Assembly: GCA_035546615.1 (NCBI GenBank)
Contig: DASZWM010000001.1
Location: 1-40,516, forward strand
Direction of reading: 5' to 3'
DNA: 40,516 bases
From: Minisyncoccota bacterium
Lineage (GTDB): Bacteria; Patescibacteriota; Minisyncoccia; Phycocordibacterales; SBAW01
Positions 1-8,265 of this stretch are shown one piece after another; positions within the stretch are counted from its first letter, which is position 1; the number at the start of each line of letters is the position of its first letter. A program made the translations under genes and the position numbers. The notes under the pieces were generated by a model. The model did no database searches. It saw only the letters and a list, made by a program, of their open reading frames with translations, and was not told the origin of the DNA.

Positions 1-22
1 GCTAGCGCGGCCGCGCGGCCGC
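1..22. other. Synthetic linker/adaptor: GCTAGC (NheI), GCGGCCGC (NotI), GCGGCCGC (NotI) in tandem
   Basis: Exact 6-bp and 8-bp restriction sites in tandem at the extreme 5' end; two adjacent NotI octamers are very unlikely in native DNA. Confidence 0.55.
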
Positions 23-23
23 T

Positions 24-71
24 AAAATCGGTCGGAACCCGCACAACGGGCTCCGACCGATTTTCTTTTTA
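24..71. terminator. Strong GC-rich hairpin (AAAATCGGTCGGA..CACAA..TCCGACCGATTTT) followed by TTTTCTTTTT; bidirectional terminator-like, downstream of the comM homolog
   Basis: About 17-bp stem with one mismatch, 5-nt loop, U-tract on the plus strand and a shorter one on the minus strand. Confidence 0.5.
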
Positions 72-82
72 TAAAAGTAGTT

Positions 83-1630
83 TTAGCTTTTACGCTGTCG
101 GTATTGCAGGGCTTCCAACACGTGCGATTCCTCAACATCCTCTGATGCGTCGAGGTCTGCTATCGTGCGGGCCACTTTGATGACGCGATGGAACGCGCGC
201 GGTGAAAGCTGCAGCCGCTCCCCCGCCTTCTCGAGCGTCGCGCGCACGCTCGGGGCAAGCGGCACGAGGTCGTCGAGTTCGCGCGGGCTCATGTCGCTGT
301 TCGTGCGGCCCGGAGCGCCGAACCTGTTCTCCTGGCGCTTGCGCGCGTCCGCTACCTTCGCTCGCGCGTCGGCGGTTTCAGTTCCCTCTTTGTTGCGCTT
401 GCCAAGTTCTCCAAGTTCGACCGGGCCCATCGTTATCCAAAGGTCGATGCGGTCGGCGATGGGGCCCGATATCTTGCGGCGGTAGCGCTCAAGGCTCATC
501 GGTGTGCAGATGCAGGCGATAGTCGGATGCCCCCAGTTGCCGCAGGGGCACGGGTTCATGGCCGCGACGAGCGTAAAGCGCGCGGGAAATTGCGCGGTGC
601 CGCGGGCCCGGGCTACCGACACCACGCGGTCTTCAAGCGGCTGGCGCAAAGCCTCGATGACGCGCCGGTCGAACTCGGGGAACTCGTCCAAAAACAGCAC
701 GCCGCGGTGCGCGAGCGTCGCCTCTCCCGGCCGCGGGTTGGCTCCGCCGCCGACGATGGATACATGGGAGGCGGTATGGTGCGGGCTGCGCATGGGCGGC
801 ACGGTCATGAGCCCTTCGCGCAAAGTGCCCGCGATGGAGTGGATGCCGTTCACTTCAAGTATTTCGTCGAACGAAAGCGGGGGCAAAACCGAAGCCAGTG
901 CGCGGGCGAGCATGGTCTTGCCTGTTCCCGGCGGCCCCAAGAGGCCGAGGTTGTGCCCGCCTGCGGCGGCGATGATGGCGGCGCGCTTGGCAGACTCTTG
1001 TCCGCGGATATCCTCGAGCGCGAATTTTCCCTCGCCCCATGAGGGCTCAAGCTTGGTCTGCGGGGCGGGCGCGAGCTTGCCCAGGCCGGATTCCGCGATC
1101 TCTTTGGAGACTTTCGTATTCACGTGGCCTATGACTTCTTTCAAATTCTTCGCGCCGTATATGTCGATGCCGCCCACGAGCGCGGCTTCCTCGATATTGC
1201 TCTCGGGTACGAACACGCTCTCCATGCCTTGGCGCTTCGCTTCTGCCACGAGCGGGAGCACTCCCCGCACAGGCCTCAGCTCCCCATCAAGCGATAATTC
1301 TCCGACGAACAGGCAGTGCTTCGGGTCAAAGTGTATGTCTCCGGCGGCGAGGAGGTAGGAAAGCGCGATAGGAAGGTCGAACATCGGTCCCTCCTTCTTG
1401 AGGTCCGCGGGGGCGAGCGAAATGACTATCTTTTCGTTGCGCTGCTTGGGCGATTTGAAGCCGGCGTGCTTTATCGCAGCCGCCACTCGGTCGCGCGACT
1501 CCTCGACCGCCTTGTCGGGGAGCCCTACGACGGCGAAGTTGTGCAGGCCCTGGGAGATGTCCGTTTCTACGGAGACGAGATACGGGGACAAGAGCGAAGT
1601 CTGTGCGCCCCATACGCGTGCATAGTGCAT
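83..1630 (-). CDS. comM: Mg-chelatase-like AAA+ ATPase, ComM/YifB family
   Basis: Walker A GPPGTGKT, ChlI-like AAA+ core, C-terminal Cys cluster (CPCG..C.C) and C-terminal helical domain characteristic of YifB/ComM. Confidence 0.9.
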   Translation of the reverse strand: MHYARVWGAQTSLLSPYLVSVETDISQGLHNFAVVGLPDKAVEESRDRVAAAIKHAGFKSPKQRNEKIVISLAPADLKKEGPMFDLPIALSYLLAAGDIHFDPKHCLFVGELSLDGELRPVRGVLPLVAEAKRQGMESVFVPESNIEEAALVGGIDIYGAKNLKEVIGHVNTKVSKEIAESGLGKLAPAPQTKLEPSWGEGKFALEDIRGQESAKRAAIIAAAGGHNLGLLGPPGTGKTMLARALASVLPPLSFDEILEVNGIHSIAGTLREGLMTVPPMRSPHHTASHVSIVGGGANPRPGEATLAHRGVLFLDEFPEFDRRVIEALRQPLEDRVVSVARARGTAQFPARFTLVAAMNPCPCGNWGHPTIACICTPMSLERYRRKISGPIADRIDLWITMGPVELGELGKRNKEGTETADARAKVADARKRQENRFGAPGRTNSDMSPRELDDLVPLAPSVRATLEKAGERLQLSPRAFHRVIKVARTIADLDASEDVEESHVLEALQYRQRKS

Positions 1631-1656
1631 CGCGATATCTTACTCAGGGTATCGGT

Positions 1657-1995
1657 TTATGCAAGCGTCCCCTCCGAATCCATATGTTCCTTGCAGGTGC
1701 GCGCGGCCGGATTGGCCTCAAGCCGGTCTTCCTCTATGTTCTCGCCGCTTATTTCGCAGATGCCGTACGTGCCGTCCGCAATTTTGCCGAGCGCGCGCTT
1801 GATGTCCCCAAGCCGCGCCTTGAGCGCCGCGTTCTCCTCGTTTTCCTCTTCCAGGCTCTCAACCTTGTCGGCAAGCTCGTCGCTTTCGGTCGCTGACGCA
1901 TCCTCGCGGCGCGGCGCGGCCGCATTTTCGCCGATCTGCCTTTCGGCGACGCGCAGTTCCTCTTCCAGCTTTGCCTTGAAGTGTTCGGTATTCAT
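1657..1995 (-). CDS. DksA/TraR-family regulator; zinc finger partly substituted (CxxS..CxxH)
   Basis: Acidic coiled-coil N-terminus followed by ...GTYGICEISGE...ARTCKEH, matching the DksA C-terminal finger region. Confidence 0.55.
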   Translation of the reverse strand: MNTEHFKAKLEEELRVAERQIGENAAAPRREDASATESDELADKVESLEEENEENAALKARLGDIKRALGKIADGTYGICEISGENIEEDRLEANPAARTCKEHMDSEGTLA

Positions 1996-2042
1996 ATACG
2001 AGCAATACTACCAAGCGCGTCCGCCCGCGCGCAACCGGGAGC

Positions 2043-3401
2043 TTACGGCGTCGGGACGATGGGCGAACTCCGGAGCCTGCTGATTATCTCGCGCAGGGTC
2101 GCCTCGTTGGTCGTGATGACGAGCACGTTGCGGTTAATGAAGGTCCACAGCAGGAGTATCTGTTCGTCCGCATTCTGCAGGACACGCGCGTCATGATTCT
2201 CCACGATGCGGTCTATAAACCCGGCATTCACCGGAGACGCTTCCGGCGCCGGAGGCGACGCATCATCAGTGGAGCTTGCCGCAGAGCCCTCAGTGGATGT
2301 GGCGGTTGTGGTGGCGACGGGCGCGGACGGCGCGGTCCGTATCAGGACCGGCGGCACGCGCACGAACAAGGGGGACAGGTCGGCGCGCATATACGGCTCC
2401 CAAGCGAGCATGCCGGCGTACGCGCCCTCGTAGGAATCGGCTTTCAGTATGAGGAAGGGCTGGTTGCCGTCGAAGGAATGTATGCCCAAAAGGTACGTGT
2501 TCGGCTCGATGGAGCGCAGAAGCGTGTCGGGCACGCTAGGGGAAAGATATCGGACGAACGCGGCAGCGGAAAGCGGAATGAATGCCTGTCCCGCGGCCGT
2601 AGTCGAAGCGACGCCCAGCTGCAGCCGCTCCATGAGGCCGAGCGAAAGGGCGACCCCGCTGCGCTGGTCTTCGAGCGCCCGGATGAAATTAGAGTGGGTA
2701 AACGTCTGCTCCGGCACGGTAAGCGCTTTCGTGGCGTCCACCTGTATGAACGGCGCGTCTTCCTGAAGCGGCACGTCGACTGCCCGGGGCGGCTGGAGCA
2801 CCCAGAAAAGGGCTCCGGCGGCCGCCACCAATAACACTACTCCTCCTGCGATAAGGCCGATACGCTGCGCCCACGCCTTGATGTCGATGGGCGCGCTTTG
2901 CGCGGGCGCTTCCACTTGCGCCCCGCGTCGCGCCGCTTCGGCCGCGGCTATGGACAGTATGGAAACGTTCTTGCTCTGCACGAGCCCTTCGATATCGCCC
3001 TGATAGGTTTCGATAGACCGGACTCCCGTTGCCTCTTTCTTCGGCTGTGCGGCAGGCGCGGGGGCGGGCGTTTTCGGCAATACGGCCGTTTGCTCCGACT
3101 GCAAAAGCGCGCCCGCGTTCACGCGCTGCGCGCTGTCTACCGACTTCCCCGGCGCGTCTTTTTTCGGAAGCAGAATCTTCCCAAGGTCTATGCCCGTGGA
3201 AGGCGCCTTCGCTTCCGGAGCTGCGGGAACCGGCACGGGAGCCTGAGGCGCGGCGGGTATTGCAGCCGGAGTCGAGGCCGGAGGAGGAGTTATCGGAGGA
3301 ACTGCGACTGCGGGAGCGGCAGGGGGCGCCGCAGGAGGTGCGGGCGGATTATTTGCCGCCGAAGCGGGGCCTGCGGTCGGTTGAGCTTTGTCCGGTTCCA
3401 T
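2043..3401 (-). CDS. Hypothetical membrane protein: Pro/Ala-rich N-terminal region, one TM helix, extracytoplasmic domain, Ser/Thr/Pro-rich linker and a C-terminal domain
   Basis: Long ORF with GC3-rich codon usage; TM helix IGLIAGGVVLLVAAAGALFWVL; no recognisable catalytic motif; same strand as pnp and directly downstream of it. Confidence 0.55.
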   Translation of the reverse strand: MEPDKAQPTAGPASAANNPPAPPAAPPAAPAVAVPPITPPPASTPAAIPAAPQAPVPVPAAPEAKAPSTGIDLGKILLPKKDAPGKSVDSAQRVNAGALLQSEQTAVLPKTPAPAPAAQPKKEATGVRSIETYQGDIEGLVQSKNVSILSIAAAEAARRGAQVEAPAQSAPIDIKAWAQRIGLIAGGVVLLVAAAGALFWVLQPPRAVDVPLQEDAPFIQVDATKALTVPEQTFTHSNFIRALEDQRSGVALSLGLMERLQLGVASTTAAGQAFIPLSAAAFVRYLSPSVPDTLLRSIEPNTYLLGIHSFDGNQPFLILKADSYEGAYAGMLAWEPYMRADLSPLFVRVPPVLIRTAPSAPVATTTATSTEGSAASSTDDASPPAPEASPVNAGFIDRIVENHDARVLQNADEQILLLWTFINRNVLVITTNEATLREIISRLRSSPIVPTP

Positions 3402-5571
3402 TTGGTTGGGTGGAAGGCGTAAGGCCTTTGCGAATAGCGAAGTCCGGGTCTGCCATCTTGATGGAGAGGTTGATGCGGCCCTTCTCGTCTATTTCCTTTA
3501 TCATAACCCGAACTTTATCCCCTATCGCGACCGCGCTGGATATTTTCTCGATGCGGAACGGCGCCACTTCGGACACATGCACCAGCCCTTCGGCGTCCTT
3601 GCCCGGGCCGATGCGCACGAACGCGCCGAAGTCCATGAGCCGCGTCACTTCTCCGTCGTAGACTTCTCCCGCCTTATATTCCTTTACGAGCGCTTCGATC
3701 ATGGCTTTGGCCATCTGGGCCGCCCCGTTCTTGCCGGTAATGAATACCGAGCCGTCGTCCTCTATCGTGATGTCGTCAACCTCCGAAACGTCCTTGATTC
3801 CGTTTATAGTTTTGCCGCCGCCGCCGATAACAAGCCCGATCTGGTCGGGCTTCACCTTCATGGTAAGTATTTCGGGCGCGCGCGCCGAGATGGAGGCTCG
3901 CGGCGCCGCGAGCTCTTTCGTTATAACCTCGAGTATCTCAAGCCGCGCCTTCCGGGCAGCCCCGAGCGCTTCAACAAGAACGGGCACCGGAATGCCGTCG
4001 AGCTTGATGTCGAGCTGTATCGCGGTAATGCCGTTTTTCGTACCCGCCACCTTGAAGTCCATGCCGCCGAACTCGTCTTCCGGGCCCTGGATGTCGGTTA
4101 GCACGCGGTTCTCGCCGTTATGCGTCATGAGGCCCATCGCGATGCCGGCAACCGGCGCCTTAATAGGCACGCCGCCGTCCATGAGCGCGAGCGTCGAGGC
4201 GCATACCGAGCCCATCGAGGTTGAGCCGTTGGACGCAAAACATTCCGATACGAGGCGTATCGTGTACGGGAACGCCACTGCGTCCGGAATAACGGCCTCA
4301 AGCGCTTTTTCCGCGAGCGCGCCGTGTCCGATGGCGCGGCGATTGATGCCGCCCATGCGGCCGGTCTCCCCTGCCGAAAACGGCGGGAAATTATAGTGAT
4401 GCATAAATCGCTTTTTGACGTCGTGCTCCTCCATCGTGTCGACAAGCTGGCTGTCGCCCGGTCCGCCGAGCGTGAGCGCGGTAAACACGTGCGTGCCGCC
4501 GCGGTAGAAGATGCCGGAGCCGTGGAGCATGGGCGAGACCCCGCCGGCCTTGGCGAATAGCGGGCGTATCCGGTCGAACGGGCGGTTATCGGGGCGCTTA
4601 TTGTCCTCGATGGCGCCGCGGTGTATCTCCTCGTCGACCTTGTCTTCAAGGAACCGTTTCACAAGCCCTGATTTTATTTCTTTCAGCGTCTCGTCGGCCG
4701 CGACCGCATCCATCCATTCATGCTGGACCTCATGGATCGCATCTTTGCCGGCCACTCCGCAGAAGACCGCGTCGCGAACTTTGGTTGCGAATTGCGAATC
4801 GTAGAGCGCCGCGAGCGCCGCGGGAATCTCCGGCTTCGCCGCATCGGTCTTCGCCTTGCCTATTTCGGAGATTATCTTTTTCTGCCAGTCCAGTATCTTG
4901 TTGTGCTCCTCCACAGAGAGCGCGAAGCCCGCGGCGACATCCGCCTCGCTCGCCTCCTGTCCCGCCACTTCTATCATATTAATAGTGCCGTCCTTGCCGC
5001 ACGCCAGAATGTCGAGCGTCGTTTCTGCGGCATCGCGCTGCGCGTAGGTCGGATTGATGATGAAGCCGCCGCTTCCCTCACCGCCGCCTGCGGCGGTCTT
5101 ATTTGAAAGTCCGATGCGCACCGCGGCAACCGGGCCGCCCCACGGAATCTGCGAAGTAGCCAGGGCGAGCGATGCGGCATTGACCGCCACTACGTCCGGA
5201 TCCTCTTCGTCGAGCGCCAATACCGTAATAACTACCTGGATCTCGTTGCGGATGTGCGACGGGAACAGCGGGCGAATCGTGCGGTCCACTACGCGGCCGG
5301 AGAGCGTGGCCTGCTCGGAGGGCCTACCCTCGCGCTTGATAAAGCGGCTGCCGAGAATCTTGCCGGCTGCGTAAAAGCGCTCCTCGTAGTCGACGGTGAG
5401 CGGGAAGTAATCGATATCGTCGCGGGTCTTCTGCGACATGACTGCAGTTGCGAGCACGGCGGTATTGCCGTAGCGCAAGATAACCGAGCCGCTGGCCTGC
5501 TCCGCCAGGTCGGTAAACTCCGCGACCATCTTCTTTCCGCCGACCTCCGTCTCGAATATTTTGCTTTGCAT
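3349..5571 (-). CDS. pnp: Polynucleotide phosphorylase (PNPase)
   Basis: Two RNase PH-like domains, KH and S1 domains; typical N-terminal sequence ...GSVILRYGNTAVLATAV... Confidence 0.95.
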   Translation of the reverse strand: MQSKIFETEVGGKKMVAEFTDLAEQASGSVILRYGNTAVLATAVMSQKTRDDIDYFPLTVDYEERFYAAGKILGSRFIKREGRPSEQATLSGRVVDRTIRPLFPSHIRNEIQVVITVLALDEEDPDVVAVNAASLALATSQIPWGGPVAAVRIGLSNKTAAGGGEGSGGFIINPTYAQRDAAETTLDILACGKDGTINMIEVAGQEASEADVAAGFALSVEEHNKILDWQKKIISEIGKAKTDAAKPEIPAALAALYDSQFATKVRDAVFCGVAGKDAIHEVQHEWMDAVAADETLKEIKSGLVKRFLEDKVDEEIHRGAIEDNKRPDNRPFDRIRPLFAKAGGVSPMLHGSGIFYRGGTHVFTALTLGGPGDSQLVDTMEEHDVKKRFMHHYNFPPFSAGETGRMGGINRRAIGHGALAEKALEAVIPDAVAFPYTIRLVSECFASNGSTSMGSVCASTLALMDGGVPIKAPVAGIAMGLMTHNGENRVLTDIQGPEDEFGGMDFKVAGTKNGITAIQLDIKLDGIPVPVLVEALGAARKARLEILEVITKELAAPRASISARAPEILTMKVKPDQIGLVIGGGGKTINGIKDVSEVDDITIEDDGSVFITGKNGAAQMAKAMIEALVKEYKAGEVYDGEVTRLMDFGAFVRIGPGKDAEGLVHVSEVAPFRIEKISSAVAIGDKVRVMIKEIDEKGRINLSIKMADPDFAIRKGLTPSTQPNGTGQSSTDRRPRFGGK

Positions 5572-5739
5572 TTCGCTTTTGGCGAAACCGGTGAATTTTA
5601 GGTCTCGACTATATTCGAGAGCTACCTATCCACCCGCTTCGCGATTACGTATATACGGAAACTGTAGCAAAAGAAAGCTCGAAATGCTATGGTTTCCGAG
5701 GACCAGATTCCCTTTCATGTGAAGTAGTGGGAGACACCA

Positions 5740-6249
5740 ATGACACAAAGCAGGACGGACGTCGATGTGCTCCTGGGCGTTCCGGAGCAGATCTTCCTCG
5801 AATTCTCCGAACGGTATGGTCAGGGGGATGCCGGCCAGAAGCGGACTTCCGCGTTCGGCGGTTCTGACCACAGGCTTGTCCGGCCGCTCAAGGAAAGCGG
5901 AGCGCTCCTGTATGACCACAGCAGCTATCCGAACTTCGCCGAGCGGCACGCCCGCGTAGAACTTCTCAGCAAGGTTCCCTCGAGGGAAGACCTCGAATCT
6001 GCGGGAGGTACCAATCCGCTGCTCATTCTTCGTGTCGGCAAGCGGTTCCACCGCGAGGGGTTACGTCCCGGCCAGAAAGTGTACATCCTGAACGCATCGG
6101 CGGAGTTCACTTTTTCCAAAGGCTTCTCGTTCGTCGAGTACGAGCGCTACTGGCCTCTGGTGCGCGAGATGCTCGACCGGTTCCACGAGCTTGCTGCCGG
6201 ATTTTCCTTCACGTTTGAGGAAGTTAACCGGGCCATGCTCGCCGGATAA
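5740..6249 (+). CDS. Hypothetical protein of 169 aa, orphan; sits between pnp and the NYN gene on the opposite strand
   Basis: SD-like GGGAGA 5 nt upstream of the ATG; GC3-rich codon usage; rho-independent terminator immediately downstream; no recognisable motif. Confidence 0.5.
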   Translation: MTQSRTDVDVLLGVPEQIFLEFSERYGQGDAGQKRTSAFGGSDHRLVRPLKESGALLYDHSSYPNFAERHARVELLSKVPSREDLESAGGTNPLLILRVGKRFHREGLRPGQKVYILNASAEFTFSKGFSFVEYERYWPLVREMLDRFHELAAGFSFTFEEVNRAMLAG

Positions 6250-6265
6250 GCAGTGGCGCCGGACA

Positions 6266-6307
6266 ATAAAAAAACGCGCGGGACCAAGCCCCGCGCGTTT
6301 TTATTTT
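6266..6307. terminator. Bidirectional rho-independent terminator between convergent genes
   Basis: 9-bp GC stem ACGCGCGGG/CCCGCGCGT, loop ACCAAG, flanked by A7 upstream and a T-rich tract downstream. Confidence 0.65.
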
Positions 6308-6312
6308 TGTAT

Positions 6313-6978
6313 CTATTCCCCCGACATCTTTATTGCCGGGTCCTCGCCGCCGCTGTCTTCCGTGATCGCCGTATCCTCCGGCGCCTCGGTGTTCTCGGGG
6401 CTGGTGTCCGCGCTCTGCGCGCGGTCGTTGGTGCCGCTCGTGAAGCTCGGTATCCAGCGGCCGCCTCCGCGGTAGCCGATGAGGAAATTCTTCGGGTCGT
6501 CGGACATGTCGGTGAAGTCGTCCACCGTCTCGCGCAGCTGGGCGCTTGAGGACTTGCCGAACGCGATGCACTCCACCTGGCACCCTTCCGTGTAGCGCAG
6601 GTACTCGACCAGCGGCACGAAGTCGCCGTCGCCGGTCGCCAGTATTATGGTGTCGAGCTTGTTGGCCATGGCGAGGGCGTCGATGGCCATGCCGATGTCC
6701 CAGTCGGCCTTCTTGGCGCCGCCGGCGAATACGCGGATGTCCTTGACCTTGGTCTCGATGCCGAGCTTGTTGAGCGCCTCGAAGAAGCCTTTCTCCTCCT
6801 CGGACTCGGTGCGGATAACGTAGGCGATGGCGCGGATAAGGGTGCGCCCCGCGAGCGCTTCCTTTACGACGTTGCCGAAGTTCACCTTCGCCTTATAGAG
6901 ATTCTTCGCGGAGTGGTAAAGATTCTGCGTGTCTATAAAAATGCCGACGCGCTGGCTTTTGTGTTTTATTATTGCCAT
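6313..6978 (-). CDS. NYN-domain (LabA-like, PIN-like) putative RNase with an acidic C-terminal tail
   Basis: N-terminal VGIFIDTQNLYHS..., central ILATGDGDFVPLV motif typical of NYN/LabA; acidic low-complexity C-terminus. Confidence 0.75.
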   Translation of the reverse strand: MAIIKHKSQRVGIFIDTQNLYHSAKNLYKAKVNFGNVVKEALAGRTLIRAIAYVIRTESEEEKGFFEALNKLGIETKVKDIRVFAGGAKKADWDIGMAIDALAMANKLDTIILATGDGDFVPLVEYLRYTEGCQVECIAFGKSSSAQLRETVDDFTDMSDDPKNFLIGYRGGGRWIPSFTSGTNDRAQSADTSPENTEAPEDTAITEDSGGEDPAIKMSGE

Positions 6979-7120
6979 AAAATATGAGCTTAGTAACTAA
7001 AAATGCTTCCGTCTGGCGAACAAAGGATGCAGGGATACAGGAAGATGTAGTCGGCATAGCCTCCTTAATCTTCCAATAAAATCGACCTCCCCTACCAATA
7101 TACTACAAACCAGGCAGCTG

Positions 7121-7143
7121 AAAAATTTCGCGCCGAGGCGGCG
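7121..7143 (-). terminator. Putative rho-independent terminator of rpsO
   Basis: On the minus strand, CGCCG-CCT-CGGCG hairpin followed by GAAATTTTT, directly after the rpsO stop. Confidence 0.4.
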
Positions 7144-7145
7144 AA

Positions 7146-7412
7146 TTACTTCTTGAGACCGAGCTTCTTGACGACCGCGTTGTAGCGGCGCTTGTCGGAG
7201 CCCTCGAGATACTTCAAATGCGTGCGGCGGTCTGCAACCATCTGCAGAAGGCCGCGGCGCGAGTGCTTGTCCTTGAGGTGTTTCTTCAAATGCGAGGTGA
7301 GTTCCTCTATTTTGCGCGACAAAAGAGCGATCTGGACCTCGGGAGAGCCCGTATCCGCATCGTGAATCGCCGATTCCTTTATTACTTTGGTCTTGCGCTG
7401 CTTGGTAAGCAT
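7146..7412 (-). CDS. rpsO: 30S ribosomal protein S15 (start taken at the internal Met, MLTKQRKTK...)
   Basis: 89-aa product ...LLSRKIEELTSHLKKHLKDKHSRRGLLQMV... is the S15 signature. Confidence 0.9.
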   Translation of the reverse strand: MLTKQRKTKVIKESAIHDADTGSPEVQIALLSRKIEELTSHLKKHLKDKHSRRGLLQMVADRRTHLKYLEGSDKRRYNAVVKKLGLKK

Positions 7413-7543
7413 ATACAAATGCAGGGTCTTTCTGTACCCTGCTAAAGAACAGCATATCACGGCCTCGTCCTTTTTGCAAGCCCTTCCCTATATAAGGAAG
7501 AAGGGCCCGCTGGCGCATGCCGGCGGGCCCCTTCAAGATATTT

Positions 7544-8116
7544 TCAGCTAATCAGATCGGTCGGAACCGTACTTTTGTACTTGCCGCATCCAAACGAGGG
7601 CGGGACAAGCCAGGCGGGTGCTTCCGAATAGAAGTAGTGATCGCCCACCACCCCAACCTGCCGGTAGTGAGTCGCCATCCGGCATTTCTCCTTTTGGGAG
7701 GCCGTGCGCGGATTCATGTAGTAGACAGCTTCCCCTAGCAGGCCTGAGGGAGGGGTGAAGTTACCCCGCAGCACCTTCAGGCTTATCTTGATAGCCTGGT
7801 CCCACTCTGGACCAGTCGGGGCCTTTCTCTTGGAGTCGAGTGTCCACGAGAATTGGAACTTCTTGTAGATGACTCCGAGGATAGTGCCCCCGCCCCACAT
7901 GGGACGATCAGCCTTGGCCCGCATGACGGTGAGGTAAGCCACCATCTCTTGGCCCAATTCCGACTCGCCTCGCGCTTCGTAGTACACGTTCAGAGCGGTG
8001 TGATAGAGCTCCTTCACGAACAAATCGTCGCCTTCCGACAATCCGCCCGCTTTGGCACCCCCCGCCACAGTACATGCAAGCAGGATGGCCCAGATAATCG
8101 TACGCACGTGCCGCAT
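7544..8116 (-). CDS. Secreted cell-wall hydrolase, SleB/Hydrolase_2-like
   Basis: Signal peptide; YYEARGES motif (the EARGE core of Hydrolase_2); GC appears lower than in neighbouring genes. Confidence 0.55.
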   Translation of the reverse strand: MRHVRTIIWAILLACTVAGGAKAGGLSEGDDLFVKELYHTALNVYYEARGESELGQEMVAYLTVMRAKADRPMWGGGTILGVIYKKFQFSWTLDSKRKAPTGPEWDQAIKISLKVLRGNFTPPSGLLGEAVYYMNPRTASQKEKCRMATHYRQVGVVGDHYFYSEAPAWLVPPSFGCGKYKSTVPTDLIS

Positions 8117-8265
8117 TTCAATTACCTCGTCGTTTGGTTACTTGATACTGGATACCGAACGACCCCGCTATCTATTATAGCATAGTACAGTATAATTGTC
8201 AAGCATGCTAAAACGCCCCCGGCATTGCTGCGCAGGAGCGTTTTGAGCCCGTATTTCTTAGCTTT

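Noticed and set aside
3701-5374. Multiple 60-230-aa ORFs on both strands inside pnp
   Set aside because: Alternative frames of the PNPase CDS
5626-6051. 141-aa minus-strand ORF overlapping the plus-strand orphan 5740..6249
   Set aside because: The plus-strand frame has an SD, GC3-biased codons and a terminator directly after its stop; the minus frame lacks these
7550-7565. 13-mer ATCGGTCGGAACC shared with the terminator hairpin at 28-40
   Set aside because: The second copy lies inside the SleB-like CDS (encoding ...VPTDLIS) and lacks the inverted partner; probably chance
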